A DNA stretch of 64,000 nt from Squalus acanthias (lineage: Eukaryota). The stretch spans positions 53,198,001 through 53,262,000 of the forward strand of contig CM059438.1 in NCBI GenBank assembly GCA_030390025.1. Reading direction: 5' to 3'. A program made the position numbers and the translations under genes. The notes below the pieces were generated by a model. It was not told where the DNA came from. It saw only the letters and a list, made by a program, of their open reading frames with translations, and searched no databases. Shown here in pieces: positions 48,100 to 60,545 of the stretch. The number at the start of each line of letters is the position of its first letter. Position 1 is the first letter of the stretch.

Positions 48100-51000
48100 A
48101 CAGACTGAGGGTGGTCCTGGTGTGTACTGAGAGTGACTCACACTGAGAGTGGTCCTGGTGTGTACTGAGAGTGACTCACACTGAGAGTGGACCTGGTGTG
48201 AGAGTGACACACACTGATAGTGGTCCTGGTGTGAGTGACACACACTGATAGTGGTCCTGGTGTGAGAGAGTGACTCACACTGAGAGTGGTCCTGGTGTGA
48301 GTGACACACACTGATAGTGGTCCTGGTGTGAGAGAGTGACTCACACTGAGAGTGGTCCTGGTGTGAGAGTGACACACACTGAGAGTGGTCCTGGTGTGAG
48401 AGAGTGACACACACTGAGAGTGGTCCTGGTGTGAGAGAGTGACTCACACTGAGAGTGGTCCTGGTGTGAGAGAGTGACTCACACTGAGAGTGGTCCTGGT
48501 GTGAGAGAGTGACTCACACTGAGAGTGGTCCTGGTGTGAGAGTGACACACACTGAGAGTGGTCCTGGTGTGAGAGAGTGACACACACTGAGAGTGGTCCT
48601 GCTGTGAGAGAGTGACTCACACTGAGAGTGGTCCTGGTGTGAGAGAGTGACTCACACTGAGAGTGGTCCTGGTGTGAGAGAGTGACACACACTGAGAGTG
48701 GTCCTGGTCTGTACTAAGTGTGACTCACACTGAGAGTGGTCCTGGTGTGTACTGAGAGTGATTCACACTGAGAGTGGTCCTGGTCTGCACTGAGAGTGAC
48801 TCACACTGAGAGTGGTCCTGGTGTGAGAGTGACAAACACTGATAGTGGTCCTGGTGTGAGTGACACACACTGATAGTGGTCCTGGTGTGAGAGAGTGACT
48901 CACACTGAGAGTGGTCCTGGTGTGAGTGACACACACTGATAGTGGTCCTGGTGTGAGAGAGTGACTCACACTGAGAGTGGTCCTGGTGTGAGAGAGTGAC
49001 TCACACTGAGAGTGGTCCTGGTGTGAGAGAGTGACTCACACTGAGAGTGGTCCTGGTGTGAGAGAGTGACTCACACTGAGAGTGGTCCTGGTGTGAGAGT
49101 GACACACACTGACAGTGGACCTGGTGTGAGAGAGTGACACACACTGAGAGTGGTCCTGCTGTGAGAGTGACACACACTGAGAGTGGTCCTGGTGTGAGAG
49201 TGACACACACTGACAGTGGTCCTGGTGTGAGAGTGACACACACTGAGAGTGGTCCTGGTGTGACAGTGACACACACTGAGAGTGGTCCTGGTGTGAGAGT
49301 GACTCACACTGAGAGTGGTCCTGGTGTGAGAATGACTCACACTGAGAGTGGTCCTGGTGTGTACTGAGAGTGACTCACACTGAGAGTGGTCCTGGTGTGA
49401 GAGTGACTCACACTGAGAGTGGTCCTGGTGTGTACTGAGAGTGACTCACACTGAGAGTGGTCCTGGTGTGAGAGTGACTCACACTGAGAGTGGTCCTGGT
49501 GTGTACTGAGAGTGACTCGCACTGAGAGTGGTCCTGGTGTGAGAGTGACACACACTGAGAGTGGTCCTGGTGTGTACTGAGAGTGACACACACTGAGAGT
49601 GGTGCTAGTGTGAGAGTGACTCACATAGAGTGGTCCTGGTGTGAGAGTGACACACACTGAGAGTGGTCCTGGTGTGAGAGAGTGACTCACACTGAGAGTG
49701 GTCCTGGTGTGTACTGAGAGTGACACACACTGAGAGTGGTCCTGGTGTGAGAGTGACACACACTGAGAGTGGTCCTGGTGTGAGAGTGACTCACACTGAG
49801 TGTGGTCCTGGTGTGAGAGAGTGACTCACACTGAGAGTGGTCCTGGTGTGTACTGAGAGTGACACACACTGAGAGTGGTCCTGGTGTGAGAGTGACACAC
49901 ACTGAGAGTGGTCCTGGTGTGACAGTGACTCACACTGAGAGTGGTCCTGGTGTGAGAGAGTGACTCACACTGAGAGTGGTCCTGGTGTGAGAGAGTGACT
50001 CACACTGAGAGTGGTCCTGGTGTGAGAGTGACACACACTGAGAGTGGTCCTGGTGTGAGAGTGACTCACACTGAGGGTGGTCCTGGTGTGAGAGTGACGC
50101 ACACTGAGAGTGGTCCTGGTGTGAGAGTGACTCACACTGAGGGTGGTCCTGGTGTGAGAGTGACACACACTGAGAGTGGTCCTGGTGTGTACTGAGAGTG
50201 ACACACACTGAGAGTGGTCCTGGTTTGAGAGTGACACACACTGAGAGTGGTCCTGGTGAGAGTGACACACACTGAGACTGGTCCTGGTGTGAGAGTGACA
50301 CACACTGAGAGTGGTCCTGGTGTGAGAGTGACTCACACTGAGAGTGGTCCTGGTGTGAGAGAGTGACTCACACTGAGAGTGGTCCTGGTGTGAAAGTGAC
50401 ACACACTGAGACTGGTCCTGGTGTGAGAGTGACTCACACTGAGAGTGGTCCTGGTGTGTACTGAGAGTGACACACACTGAGAGTGGTCCTGGTGTGAGAG
50501 TGACTTAGACTGAGAGAGGTCCTGGTGTGAGAGTGACACACACTGAGAGTGGTCCTGGTGTGAGAGTGACACACACTGATAGTGGTCCTGGTGTGAGTGA
50601 CACACACTGATAGTGGTCCTGGTGTGAGAGAATGACTCACACTGAGAGTGGTCCTGGTGTGAGTGACACACACTGATAGTGGTCCTGGTGTGAGACAGTG
50701 TCTCACACTGAGAGTGGTCCTGGTGTGAGAGTGAGACACACTGAGAGTGGTCCTGGTGTGAGAGAGGGACACACACTGAGAGTGGTCCTGGTGTGAGAGA
50801 GTGACTCACACTGAGAGTGGTCCTGGTGTGAGAGAGTGACTCACACTGAGAGTGGTCCTGGTGTGAGAGAGTGACTCACACTGAGAGTGGTCCTGGTGTG
50901 AGAGTGACACACACTGAGAGTGGTCCTGCTGTGAGAGAGTGACACACACTGAGAGTGGTCCTGGTGTGAGAGAGTGACTCACACTGAGAGTGGTCCTGGT

Positions 51001-54000
51001 GTGAGAGAGTGACTCACACTGAGAGTGGTCCTGGTGTGAGAGAGTGACTCACACTGAGAGTGGTCCTGGTCTGTACTGAGAGTGACTCACACTGAGAGTG
51101 GTCCTGGTGTGTACTGAGAGTGACACACACTGAGAGTGGTCCTGGTCTGTACTGAGAGTGACTCACACTGAGAGTGGTCCTGGTGTGAGAGAGTGACACA
51201 CACTGAGAGTGGTCCTGGTGTGAAAGTGACTCACACTGAGAGTGGTCCTGGTGTGAGAGTGACTCACACTGAGAGTGGTCCTGGTGAGAGTGACACACAC
51301 TGAGACTGGTCCTGGTGTGAGGGAGTGACACACACTGAGAGTTGTCCTGGTGTGAGAGTGACTCACACTGAGAGTGGTCCTGGTGTGAGTGTGATTCACA
51401 CTGAGAGTGGTCCTGGTGTGCGAATGACACACACTGAGAGTAGTCCTGGTGTGAGAGTGACACACACTGAGAGTGGTCCTGGTGTGAGAGTGACACACAC
51501 TGAGAGTGGTCCTGGTGTGACAGAGACACACACTGAGAGTGGTCCTGGTGTGAGAGTGACACACACTGAGAGTGGTCCTGGTGTGTACTGAGAGTGACAC
51601 ACACTGAGAGTGGTCCTGGTGTGAGAGTGACTCACACTGAGAGTGGTCCTGGTGTGAGAGTGACTCACACTGAGGGTAGTCCTGGTGTGAGAGTGACACA
51701 CACTGAGAGTGATCCTGGTGTGAGAGTGATTCACACTGAGAGTGGTCCTGGTGTGAGAGTGACTTACACTGAGAGTGGTCCTGGTGTGAGAGTGACTCAC
51801 ACTGAGGGTGATCCTGGTGTGAGAGTGACACACACTGAGAGTGGTCCTGGTGTGAGAGTGACACACACTGAGAGTGGTCCTGGTGTGAATGACACACACT
51901 GAGAATGGTCCTGGTGTGAGAGTGACACACACTGAGAGTGGTCCTGGTGTGAGACTGACTCACACTTAGAGTGGTCCTGGTGTGAGTGACACACACTGAG
52001 AGTGGTCCTGGTGTGAGAGACACACACTGAGAGTGGTCCTGGTGTGAGAGTGACACACACTGAGAGTGGTCCTGGTGTGAGTGACACACACTGAGAGTGG
52101 TCCTGGTGTGAGAGTGACACACACTGATAGTGGTCCTGGTGTGAGTGACACACACTGAGAGTGGTCCTGGTGTGAGAGTGACTTACACTGAGGTTGGTCC
52201 TGGTGTGAGAGTGACACACACTGAGAGTGGTCCTGGTGTGTACTGAGAGTGACACACACTGAGAGTGGTCCTGGTGTGAGAGTGACACACACTTAGAGTG
52301 GTCCAGGTGTGAGAATGACACACACTGAGAGTGGTCCTGGTGAGAGTGACACACACTGAGAGTGGTCCTGGTGTGAGAGTGACACACACTGAGAGTGGTC
52401 CTGTTGAGAGTGACACACACTGAGAGTGGTCCTGGTGTGAGAGTGACTCACACTGAGAGTGTTCTTGGTGTGAGAGTGACACACACTGAGAGTGGTCCTG
52501 GTGTGAGAGTGACTCACACTGAGGTGGTCCTGGTGTGTACTGAGAATGACTCACACTGAGATGGTCCTGGTGTGTGAGTGACTCACACTGAGAGTGGTCC
52601 TGGTGTGAGAGTGAAACACACTGATAGTGGTCCTGGTGTGTACTGAGAGTGACTCACACTGAGAGTGGTCCTGGTGTGTACTGAGAGTGACACACACTGA
52701 GAGTGGTCCTGGTGTGTACTGAGAGTGACTCACACTGAGAGTGGTCCTGGTGTGAGAGTGACTCACACTGAGAGTGGTCCTGGTGTGAGAGTGACTCACA
52801 ATGAGATGGTCCTGGTGTGTACTGAGAGTGACTCACACTGAAAGTGGTCCTGGTGTGAGAGTAACTCAAAGTGAGAGTGGTCCTGGTGTGTACTTAGAGT
52901 GACTCACACTGACAGTGGTCCTGGTGTGTACTGTGAGTGAATAACACTGAAAGTGGTCCTGGTGTGAGAGTGGCTCACACTGAGAGTGGTCCTGGTGTGT
53001 ACTGAGAGTGACTCACACTGAGGTGGTCCTGGTGTGTACTGAGAGTGACACAGACTGAGGTGGTCCTGGTGTGTACTGAGAGTGACTCACACTGAGGTGG
53101 TCCTGGTGTGTACTGTGAGTGACTCACACTGAGAGTGGTCCTGGTGTGAGAGTGACTCACACTGAGAGTGGTCCTGGTGTGTACTGAGAGTGACTCACAC
53201 TCAGAGTGGTCCTGGTGTGTACTGAGAGTGACTCACACTGAGATGGTCCTGGTGTGTACTGAGAGTGACACAGACTGAGGTGGTCCTGGTGTGTACTGAG
53301 TAGTGACTCACACTGAGGTGGTCCTGGTGTGTACTGAGAGTGACTCACACTGAGGTGGTCCTGGTGTGTACTGAGAGTGACTCACACTGAGAGTGGTCCT
53401 GGTGTGTACTGAGAGTGACTCACACTGAGGTGGTCCTGGTGTGTACTGTGAGTGACTCACACTGAGGTGGTCCTGGTGTGTACTGAGAGTGACTCACACT
53501 GAGAGTGGTCCTGGTGTGAACTGAGAGTGACTAACACTGAGGGTGGTCCTGCTGTGTACTGAGTGTGACTCACACTGAGAGTGGTCCTGGTGTGTACTGA
53601 GAGTGACTTAGACTGAGGTGGTCCTGGTGTGTACTGAGAGTGACTCACACTGAGAGTGGTCCTGGAGTGTACTGAGAGTGACACACACTGAGAGTAGTCC
53701 TGGTGTGAGAGTGACACACACTGAGGTGGTCCTGGTGTTTACTGAGAGTGACTCACACTGAGATGGTCCTGGTGTGAGAGTGACTCACACTGAGGTGGTC
53801 CTGGTGTGTACTGAGAGTGGCTCACACTGAGAGTGGTCCTGGCGTGAGAGTGAAACACACTGAGAGTGGTCCTGGTGTGTACTGAGAGTGACTCACACTG
53901 AGAGTGGTCCTGGTGTGTACTGAGAGTGACTCACACTGAGGTGGTCCTGGTGTGTACTGAGAGTGACTCACACTGAGTGTGGTCCTGGTGTGAGAGAGTG

Positions 54001-54910
54001 ACTCACGCTGAGAGTGGTCCTGGTGTGAGAGTGACACACACTGAGAATGGTCCTGGTGTGAGAGAGTGACTCACACTGAGAGTGGTCCTGGTGTGAGAGT
54101 GACACACACTGAGAGTGGTCCTGGTGTGAGAGAGTGACTCACACTGAGAGTGGTCCTGGTGTGAGAGAGTGACTCACACTGAGAGTGGTCCTGGTGTGTA
54201 CTGAGAGTGACTTACACTGAGAGTGGTCCTGGTGTGTACTGAGAGTGACACACACTGAGAGTGGTCCTGGTGTGAGAGAGTGACTCACACTGAGAGTGGT
54301 CCTGGTGTGTACTGAGAGTGACTCACACTGAGGTGGTCCTGGTGTGTACTGAGAGTGACACAGACTGAGGTGGTCCTGGTGTGAGAGTGACTCACACCGA
54401 GAGTGGTCCTGATGTGAGAGTGACACACACCGAGAGTGATCCTGGTGTGAGAGAGTTACTCACACTGAGGTGGTCCTGGTGTGTACTGAGAGTGACACAC
54501 ACTGAGAGTGGTCCTGGTGTGTACTGAGAGTGACTTAGACTGAGGTGATCCTGGTGTGTACTGAGAGTGACTCACACTGAGAGTGGTCCTGGTGTGTACT
54601 GAGAGTGACTCACACCGAGAGTGGTCCTGGTGTGTACTGAGAGTGACTTAGACTGAGGTGGTCCTGGTGTGTACTTAGAGTGACTCACACTGAGAGTGGT
54701 CCTGGTGTGTACTTAGAGTGACTCACACTGAGAGTGGTCCTGGTGTGTACTGAGAGTGACTCACACTGAGAGTGGTCCTGTTGTGTACTGAGTGTGACTC
54801 ACACTGAGAGTGGTCCTGGTGTGTACTGAGAGTGACACACACCGAGAGTGGTCCTGGTGTGAGAGAGTGACACACACTGAGAGTGGTCCTGGTGTGTACT
54901 GAGAGTGACA
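48100..54910. repeat. ~30-38-bp satellite, 6.8 kb, about 200 units
   Basis: Unit GTGTG(TACTG)AGAGTGAC(T/A)CACACTGAGAGTGGTCCTG. Confidence 0.97.
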
Positions 54911-55007
54911 CGGGCTTATCATCAGCAAAGTTCCTGTCTAGAATTCTCCCAGCAAAGAGTGGTGGGGGTGTAAAGTTACTGCAGGCGCCTTGACTGAACT
55001 TCTTACT

Positions 55008-55142
55008 GAAACAAAAGCAAAATACTGCAGATGCTGGAAATCCGAAGCTGTGAAAGGTCTTCGACCTGAAACGTTTACTCTGTTTCTCTCTCCAGAGATG
55101 CTGCCTGACCTGCTGAGTGTTTCCAGCATTTTTTGTTTTTAT
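55008..55142. mobile_element. Solo PLE terminal fragments in inverted arrangement
   Basis: AAAATACTGCAGATGCTGGAAA followed by GAAAGGTCTTCGACCTGAAACG...TTTCCAGCATTTT, similar to 12627-12727. Confidence 0.75.
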
Positions 55143-55608
55143 TGAACATCCATTGGCAGCGACTTGGGATCAGCCACTGGCCTCCCTGCTTGACTTGGGA
55201 ATGCTGCACAGTGTCAGAACCTCACAAAGGGAAAAGGAGAACATAATGTTTAAAACTTAAATAGAAAAAAATAGGAACAGAAATCTTGGTGCATTAGACC
55301 AAGAAAATAAGACAGAACGTTTCAATCAGAGAGCAAGCCCATTGCCTTACAGCAGCCGAATAACTGAAATTCTATTTATTACATTTTTACTGATGTGTTA
55401 GAATTGCAACCTGCGATTGAGTCCAATATTCTGTGAAAGCGGCAAACCTTGGTGATTTGTATCCACATTCCAAAAGATCTTGTTTTGTCACCTTTAGAAG
55501 AACAGAAAGAAGACATTCAGGACCTCCCAAGGCACCTTACAATCACTGAAATACTTTTCAAAAGTGGCGTCGCTGTTGTACTGTGTTCAGCTACCGATCA
55601 AATACCTG

Positions 55609-58033
55609 GGCCGCGAAATTCGGAGGTCTGGCGCGGCTGTTAAGGCCGATTTTGCTGAAAGAAATGGCGGCGGCCTTGCTTCTGCCCACTTCCGGCGAGG
55701 AACGGGGCGGCCGCCATTTTGGGGAGGTCAGTATCGCTGCCGTTGCCTGCGCTCGCCGCCCACGTGTAAATGTGCAGTTCGTGACGCCAATCGGTGGCCA
55801 ACACCTGAATTGACACAGGACTGTGATTTTGGATGTCACCGCTCTGGATGCTGCCCTCTCCACACCTCGCACAGAAGAACGTGCGTGCAGCTGTATTACA
55901 GAGACGCTGTCAGCATTCTTAAAGGGACACACACACCTTTCAGGTAACTTTAGATTTTAGCTTTTGGACTGATTTTTTGACATTTAATTGGAGTAGTGGC
56001 TTAGTGCAATATATTAAAAAAGTTGTTAAAGTGTGCAGGGAGTGCTGCTGGACACTTGCAAGGCTTTGGATGTTAAAGGAAGGCCTCTGAGAACACCACT
56101 TGCTCCCAGTCCAGGGGGCTCTAGCTGCAGACCCCCTTGGGCTGCAACATCACATGGAGATGAAGCAGAGGCAGCAAAGGGAAGAGGAGGGAACGGAAGA
56201 GGAGGGAGCAGAAGGACAGAGGCAACCCAGACAGCCCCTTTCTGGTTGGGATATCGGGATTGAATCATCCGCCTGTGGTACCAGTGACCACAGCCCCAAA
56301 TCCCCTTTCCACATTTGTCCCACACCTTACCTTCCCTCTGTTACTGACCATCACACGCCCTCTTGGCCACAATGCTGAAATAAAAGCCACCACAAAGCAA
56401 ACTTTCCAATCCAACTTTATCCATATATGCATCCAATATGACATCAAAAAATCAACTAATCACCCTTGTGCATTCCCTTAGTGTCTTGTGTGTGCCTTTG
56501 CCTATCCTACTGTTGTCACGCAGTGCTACTCCAGTGGCTGCAGCATGGCTGGTGGACGGCTGTTGACTTTCAGTGGGGGACACTGCAAATGTCGACCTTG
56601 AGGAACTGGTGGCTGGGAGTGTGAAATTGAATGACGATGTTTCTTCTTCTTCTTCACTCTTCTCTCCCTCTTCTTGGTCAACCGCGGGCTGGGCAGGCTG
56701 GATTTCTTGGGTGTCTGAAATGAGGAAGGTACAAGGGTAGGGTTGTGGTGAGGGGAGGGCGGGAAAGCAAGAGCTGCATGCTTACACCATGTGCAGCTTG
56801 TACATCAGAAGAGATTGTGGGATGAGGAGAAAGCAGGATGTGACAAGGAGGATAACGTATGAGGATATCAGCATCTTGTATTCTTTCAGCCCCACCACTG
56901 GCCAAGCGCTCAGCCATGCCCCTGCCAAGAATGGCCAGCACCATCTCCTTCAAGGGGGTGAGGTGAAGCTAGGAATGGGAGATGCGCCTCGTGTTTGGTA
57001 GAGATTGTTGTTAGGTGAGTGATTGCGGGGGGTGGGGAGGGTGCATTGAGCTGTGTGTGAGGCTATTGGGGCAGATGGTGGGATATGGCATTTGATGATG
57101 AATTCACTGACCTTGAACACTCGAGTGATGTCATTAAACTTCTTCCTGCACTGCAGCCAGGTCCTCGGGGTGACACTGACAGCTATGGCTATCTGCTACC
57201 ATAGGCGTTTTTGATTTTGCCTGGAGGGCCTCTTGGCCCCCTGTGGAAACAGGACCTTTCTCCCCCTTTCCACCTCCTGCATCAAGGCCTCCATTACTGC
57301 AACAGAGAACCTTGGTGCACGCTCTCTCCCCTGTTGTGACATTTGTACTGTCTCCCCCAGTCAGTTGCATGAGCTGCTGTAGCCAGAAAGCACCTCCCCT
57401 TTAAGAGTTGGTAGGAGACGGCTTTTAAAGATGCATTCACTGACTTTAACGACTCATCTGAGGTCATGAAACTTCTTTGGGCACTGGAGCCACGTCCTGG
57501 GGGCAACACTGCTGGCAGTGACCACCTCGACAATCTAGTCCCACATCCTTCTTTCTGGAGGGCCTCCTGTCTCCCTGTGGGTAGAGGACCCCGGCACAAA
57601 GCTGGAGTGCTGCATGCGAGACCCTGGGTGCCCTTTCTCTGGCCTGTTAAGCCATTTGTGTTTAGTGCTAAAGCACTTTTAGCATTTTTTATGTGCAGAT
57701 GGCAGTTCAGCTTTAAGAGCTGCAGACTGCCTAATTCTGAAGGATTGTTAATTTTTTTTCCAGAAGGCAGTGCAGCTTTAAGGGCTAGAGACTGACTTGA
57801 AAATAAACAGCCTAGCTTTAAGAAAAGGCAGCCTCGCTCCAGCGACACTAACTTGGGCCCCCTGGGCACACAGCCTGTCAGCAGCACGTTAGTCACCAGG
57901 CTGTGCGCTACAATCAGTTAGATTAGCAGGCTGCACCAAATTCACTTGCTGCCTGCACTTTCTGAACGGGCGCGGACATATCTGGCAACGCGGTGCCCGC
58001 ACCCGGTTTCGGGTCTTATCGAATTTCTAGGCT
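55609..58033. mobile_element. Internally deleted Harbinger, family C
   Basis: TIRs GGCCGCGAAATTCG / CGAATTTCTAGGCT (11/14) with TSD CTG. Minus-strand Myb remnants at ~57110-57342 and ~57435-57645. Confidence 0.8.
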
Positions 58034-58044
58034 CTGATTGATTA

Positions 58045-59172
58045 AATATAAACGAAATGGTACAATTTTAAAGGGACTGCAGAAACAGAGGGACCTGGGG
58101 GTGTACGTACACACGTCTTTAAAGGTGGCAGGACAAGTTGAGAAAGCTGTTAAAAAGACACATGGGATCTTAGGCTTTATTAATAGAATTGAGAGGTCGC
58201 ACAACACCAGGTTATAGTCCAACAGTTTATTTGAAATCACAAGCTTTCGGAGTTATTACTCCTTCGTCGGGTGAAGTAAAGAGATACAGAATCGGCAAAG
58301 CATATATAGATAGAGAACAATGCATGTGTACCTTACAATTGCAGACAACTAAATTAAACCGGCATCTCCGCATCATGTTTATTAATAGAGGCATAGAGGA
58401 CAAAAGCAAAGAAGTTATGCGAGAGTATTGTGTCCAATTCTGGGCACCAGACTTTAGGAAGGATGTCAAGGCCTTGGAGAGGGTGCAGAAGAGATTTACT
58501 AGAATGGTACCAGGGATGAGGGACTTCAGTTATGTGGAGAGACTGGAGAATCTGGGATTGTTCTGGAAAGCAGAGAAGGTTCGGATCGGTCATGGCCCTG
58601 TGGGTAGCGTAGCGGGCCCAGGGGCCGTGTAGCCTGATCCTGCTCCTATTTCGTGTGTCCAATTCTGTTAGGTTCAGGAGATGGTTCTGTGATAGTAGAT
58701 TGGCAGTTAGGATCAGATCAGCCATGATCTTATTGAATGGCGGAGCAGGCTCGAGGGGCCAATTGGCCTACTCCTGCTCCTATTTCTTATGTTCTTATGT
58801 AAGAGATTTAATAGAGGTGTTCAAAATCATGAACGGTTTCGATAGAGTATATAAGGAGAAACTGTTTCCAGTGGCAGGAGGGTCGGTAACCAGAGGACAC
58901 AGATTTAAGGTAATTGGCAAAAGAACCAGATGTGAGATGAGGAGAATTTTTTTACGCAGCGAGTTGTTGTGATCTGGAATGCATGGTCTGAAAGTGTGGT
59001 GGAAGCAGATTCAATAACAACTTTCAAAAGGGAATTGGGTAAATACTTGAAGGGGAAAGAATTACAGGGCTATGGGGAAAGAGCAGGGGAGTGGGACTAA
59101 TTGGAGAGCTCTTTCAAAGAGCCGGCACAGGTACAATGGGCCGAATGGCCTCCTTCTGTGCTGTATGATTCT
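58045..59172 (+). mobile_element. CR1 3' fragment containing a PLE terminal insert (~58187-58376) and a double-tail insert (~58580-58800)
   Basis: EYCVQFWAP...ERVQKRFTR and DLIEVFKIM motifs. 3' UTR ends CTGTATGATTCTGTG. Confidence 0.85.
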
Positions 59173-59299
59173 GTGTGAATGAATCAAAAGTAGTAAGAAG
59201 TACCAATGAGGAATGAGTAGCAAGCAGAAAAGCTCAAGCAATCAATTCCCTCAATTTCTTTTCAAAGCTACCATTCAGGAACCAAGCTGAGCAGACAAG

Positions 59300-59810
59300 T
59301 CACACATTCTATTCCTCTATTTATAAACCCAAGTAACCCGTATGCTTTTTAACCACCTTATCAACTTGCCCTGCCATCTTTAAGGATTTGTGTACATGGA
59401 CACCAAGGTCTCTCTGCTCATGTACACGTTTTCAAAATCGTGCAATTATAGTATACTGTCTTTCCATATTATTCCTCCCAAAGTGCAGCACATCACACTT
59501 CTCCGCATTGAACTCCATCTGCCATGCTTCTGCCCATTTCACCATCCTGTCTGTCATCCTGAAGCCTACAACTATCCTCATCACTATCTACTACGTTGCC
59601 AAGTTTTGTATCATCTGCAAACTTTATAATGCTGCTCCCTACACCTGAGTCTAGGTCGCTTATAAAAATTGAAAAGAGTAATGGACCCAAAAGTGACCCT
59701 TGGGGAACACCACTGCAAACCACCTCCCAGTCTGAAAAACATCCATCCACCAGCACCTTCTGCTTCTTGACACTGAGCCAGTTTTGTATCCATGCTGCTC
59801 TCTCCCCTTA
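59300..59810 (-). mobile_element. Degenerate CR1 RT fragment
   Basis: ORF 59493-59756: [10 protein letters not shown]...KFADDTK. Confidence 0.88.
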
Positions 59811-60098
59811 ATTCCAGGCACCACAACAGCCAGGCAGAACATTCAAAAATAACAATTATCATGTGCAAGTGGAGGAAACAGCTCAAAATTAAGAAGATTT
59901 AATTTGCTTCAGTGGTTTGTATAGTTTAAGCCATCCAATCACATTGTGAGTGAGAGGTTTGGGAGGAGCTGTTTAATGTGTGACTGAGGGGAATGATGTT
60001 TCAGTCAGAGCAACGGGAACTGTTAATGAGGCACTTTGATGCTAACTCCTGACACTGCGGACAGAGTCGCACAGCTAGACACCAGTCTACACCGGGCC

Positions 60099-60373
60099 CA
60101 TCACAACATGGTCTGCTGCTGGTCACTGGAGAAATCCCCCCCGCACATCACAACATGGTCTGCTGCTGGTCACTGGAGAAATCTCCCCATCACATCACAA
60201 CATGGTCTGCTGCTGGTCACTGGAGAAATCTCCCCATCACATCACAACATGGTCTGCTGCTGGTCACTGGAGAAATCTCCCCCGCACATCACAACATGTC
60301 TGCTGCTGGTCACTGGAGAAATCCCCCCCGCACATCACAACATGTCTGCTGCTGGTCACTGGAGAAATCTCCC
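60099..60373. repeat. ~45-bp tandem repeat, 6 copies
   Basis: Unit CATCACAACATGGTCTGCTGCTGGTCACTGGAGAAATCTCCCC(GCA/ATCA). Confidence 0.93.
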
Positions 60374-60451
60374 TGGTCCAGTGGCTGCCTTATTAGGAAC
60401 TATAGATCCTCTGTGGGGAGTAAGCGTGAGAAATGAAACATGCTTTATAAT

Positions 60452-60545
60452 GGGGTACAGTAGCATAGGTTTTTTTTACTGGACTAGTAATCCAGAGGCC
60501 TGGACTAATGATCAGGAGACGAGAGTTCAAATCCCACCACGGCAG
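60452..60545 (+). promoter_or_regulatory. tRNA-derived (Pol III type 2) SINE-like head
   Basis: Box A-like TAGCATAGG (60461), anticodon arm CTGGA-CTAGTAA-TCCAG (60479-60495), box B GAGTTCAAATCCC (60523-60535). Confidence 0.7.

Noticed and set aside
31076..54910. CRISPR-like appearance of the 25-45-bp repeats
   Set aside because: Units are contiguous with no unique spacers, there are no cas genes, and the context is eukaryotic.
48070..54911. His/Ser/Thr-rich ORFs resembling zinc-finger or mucin proteins
   Set aside because: Satellite translations with constant frame changes.
60452..60545. Functional tRNA-Thr gene
   Set aside because: No proper acceptor or D stem, an oversized variable region, an internal T run, and it continues into a SINE core.
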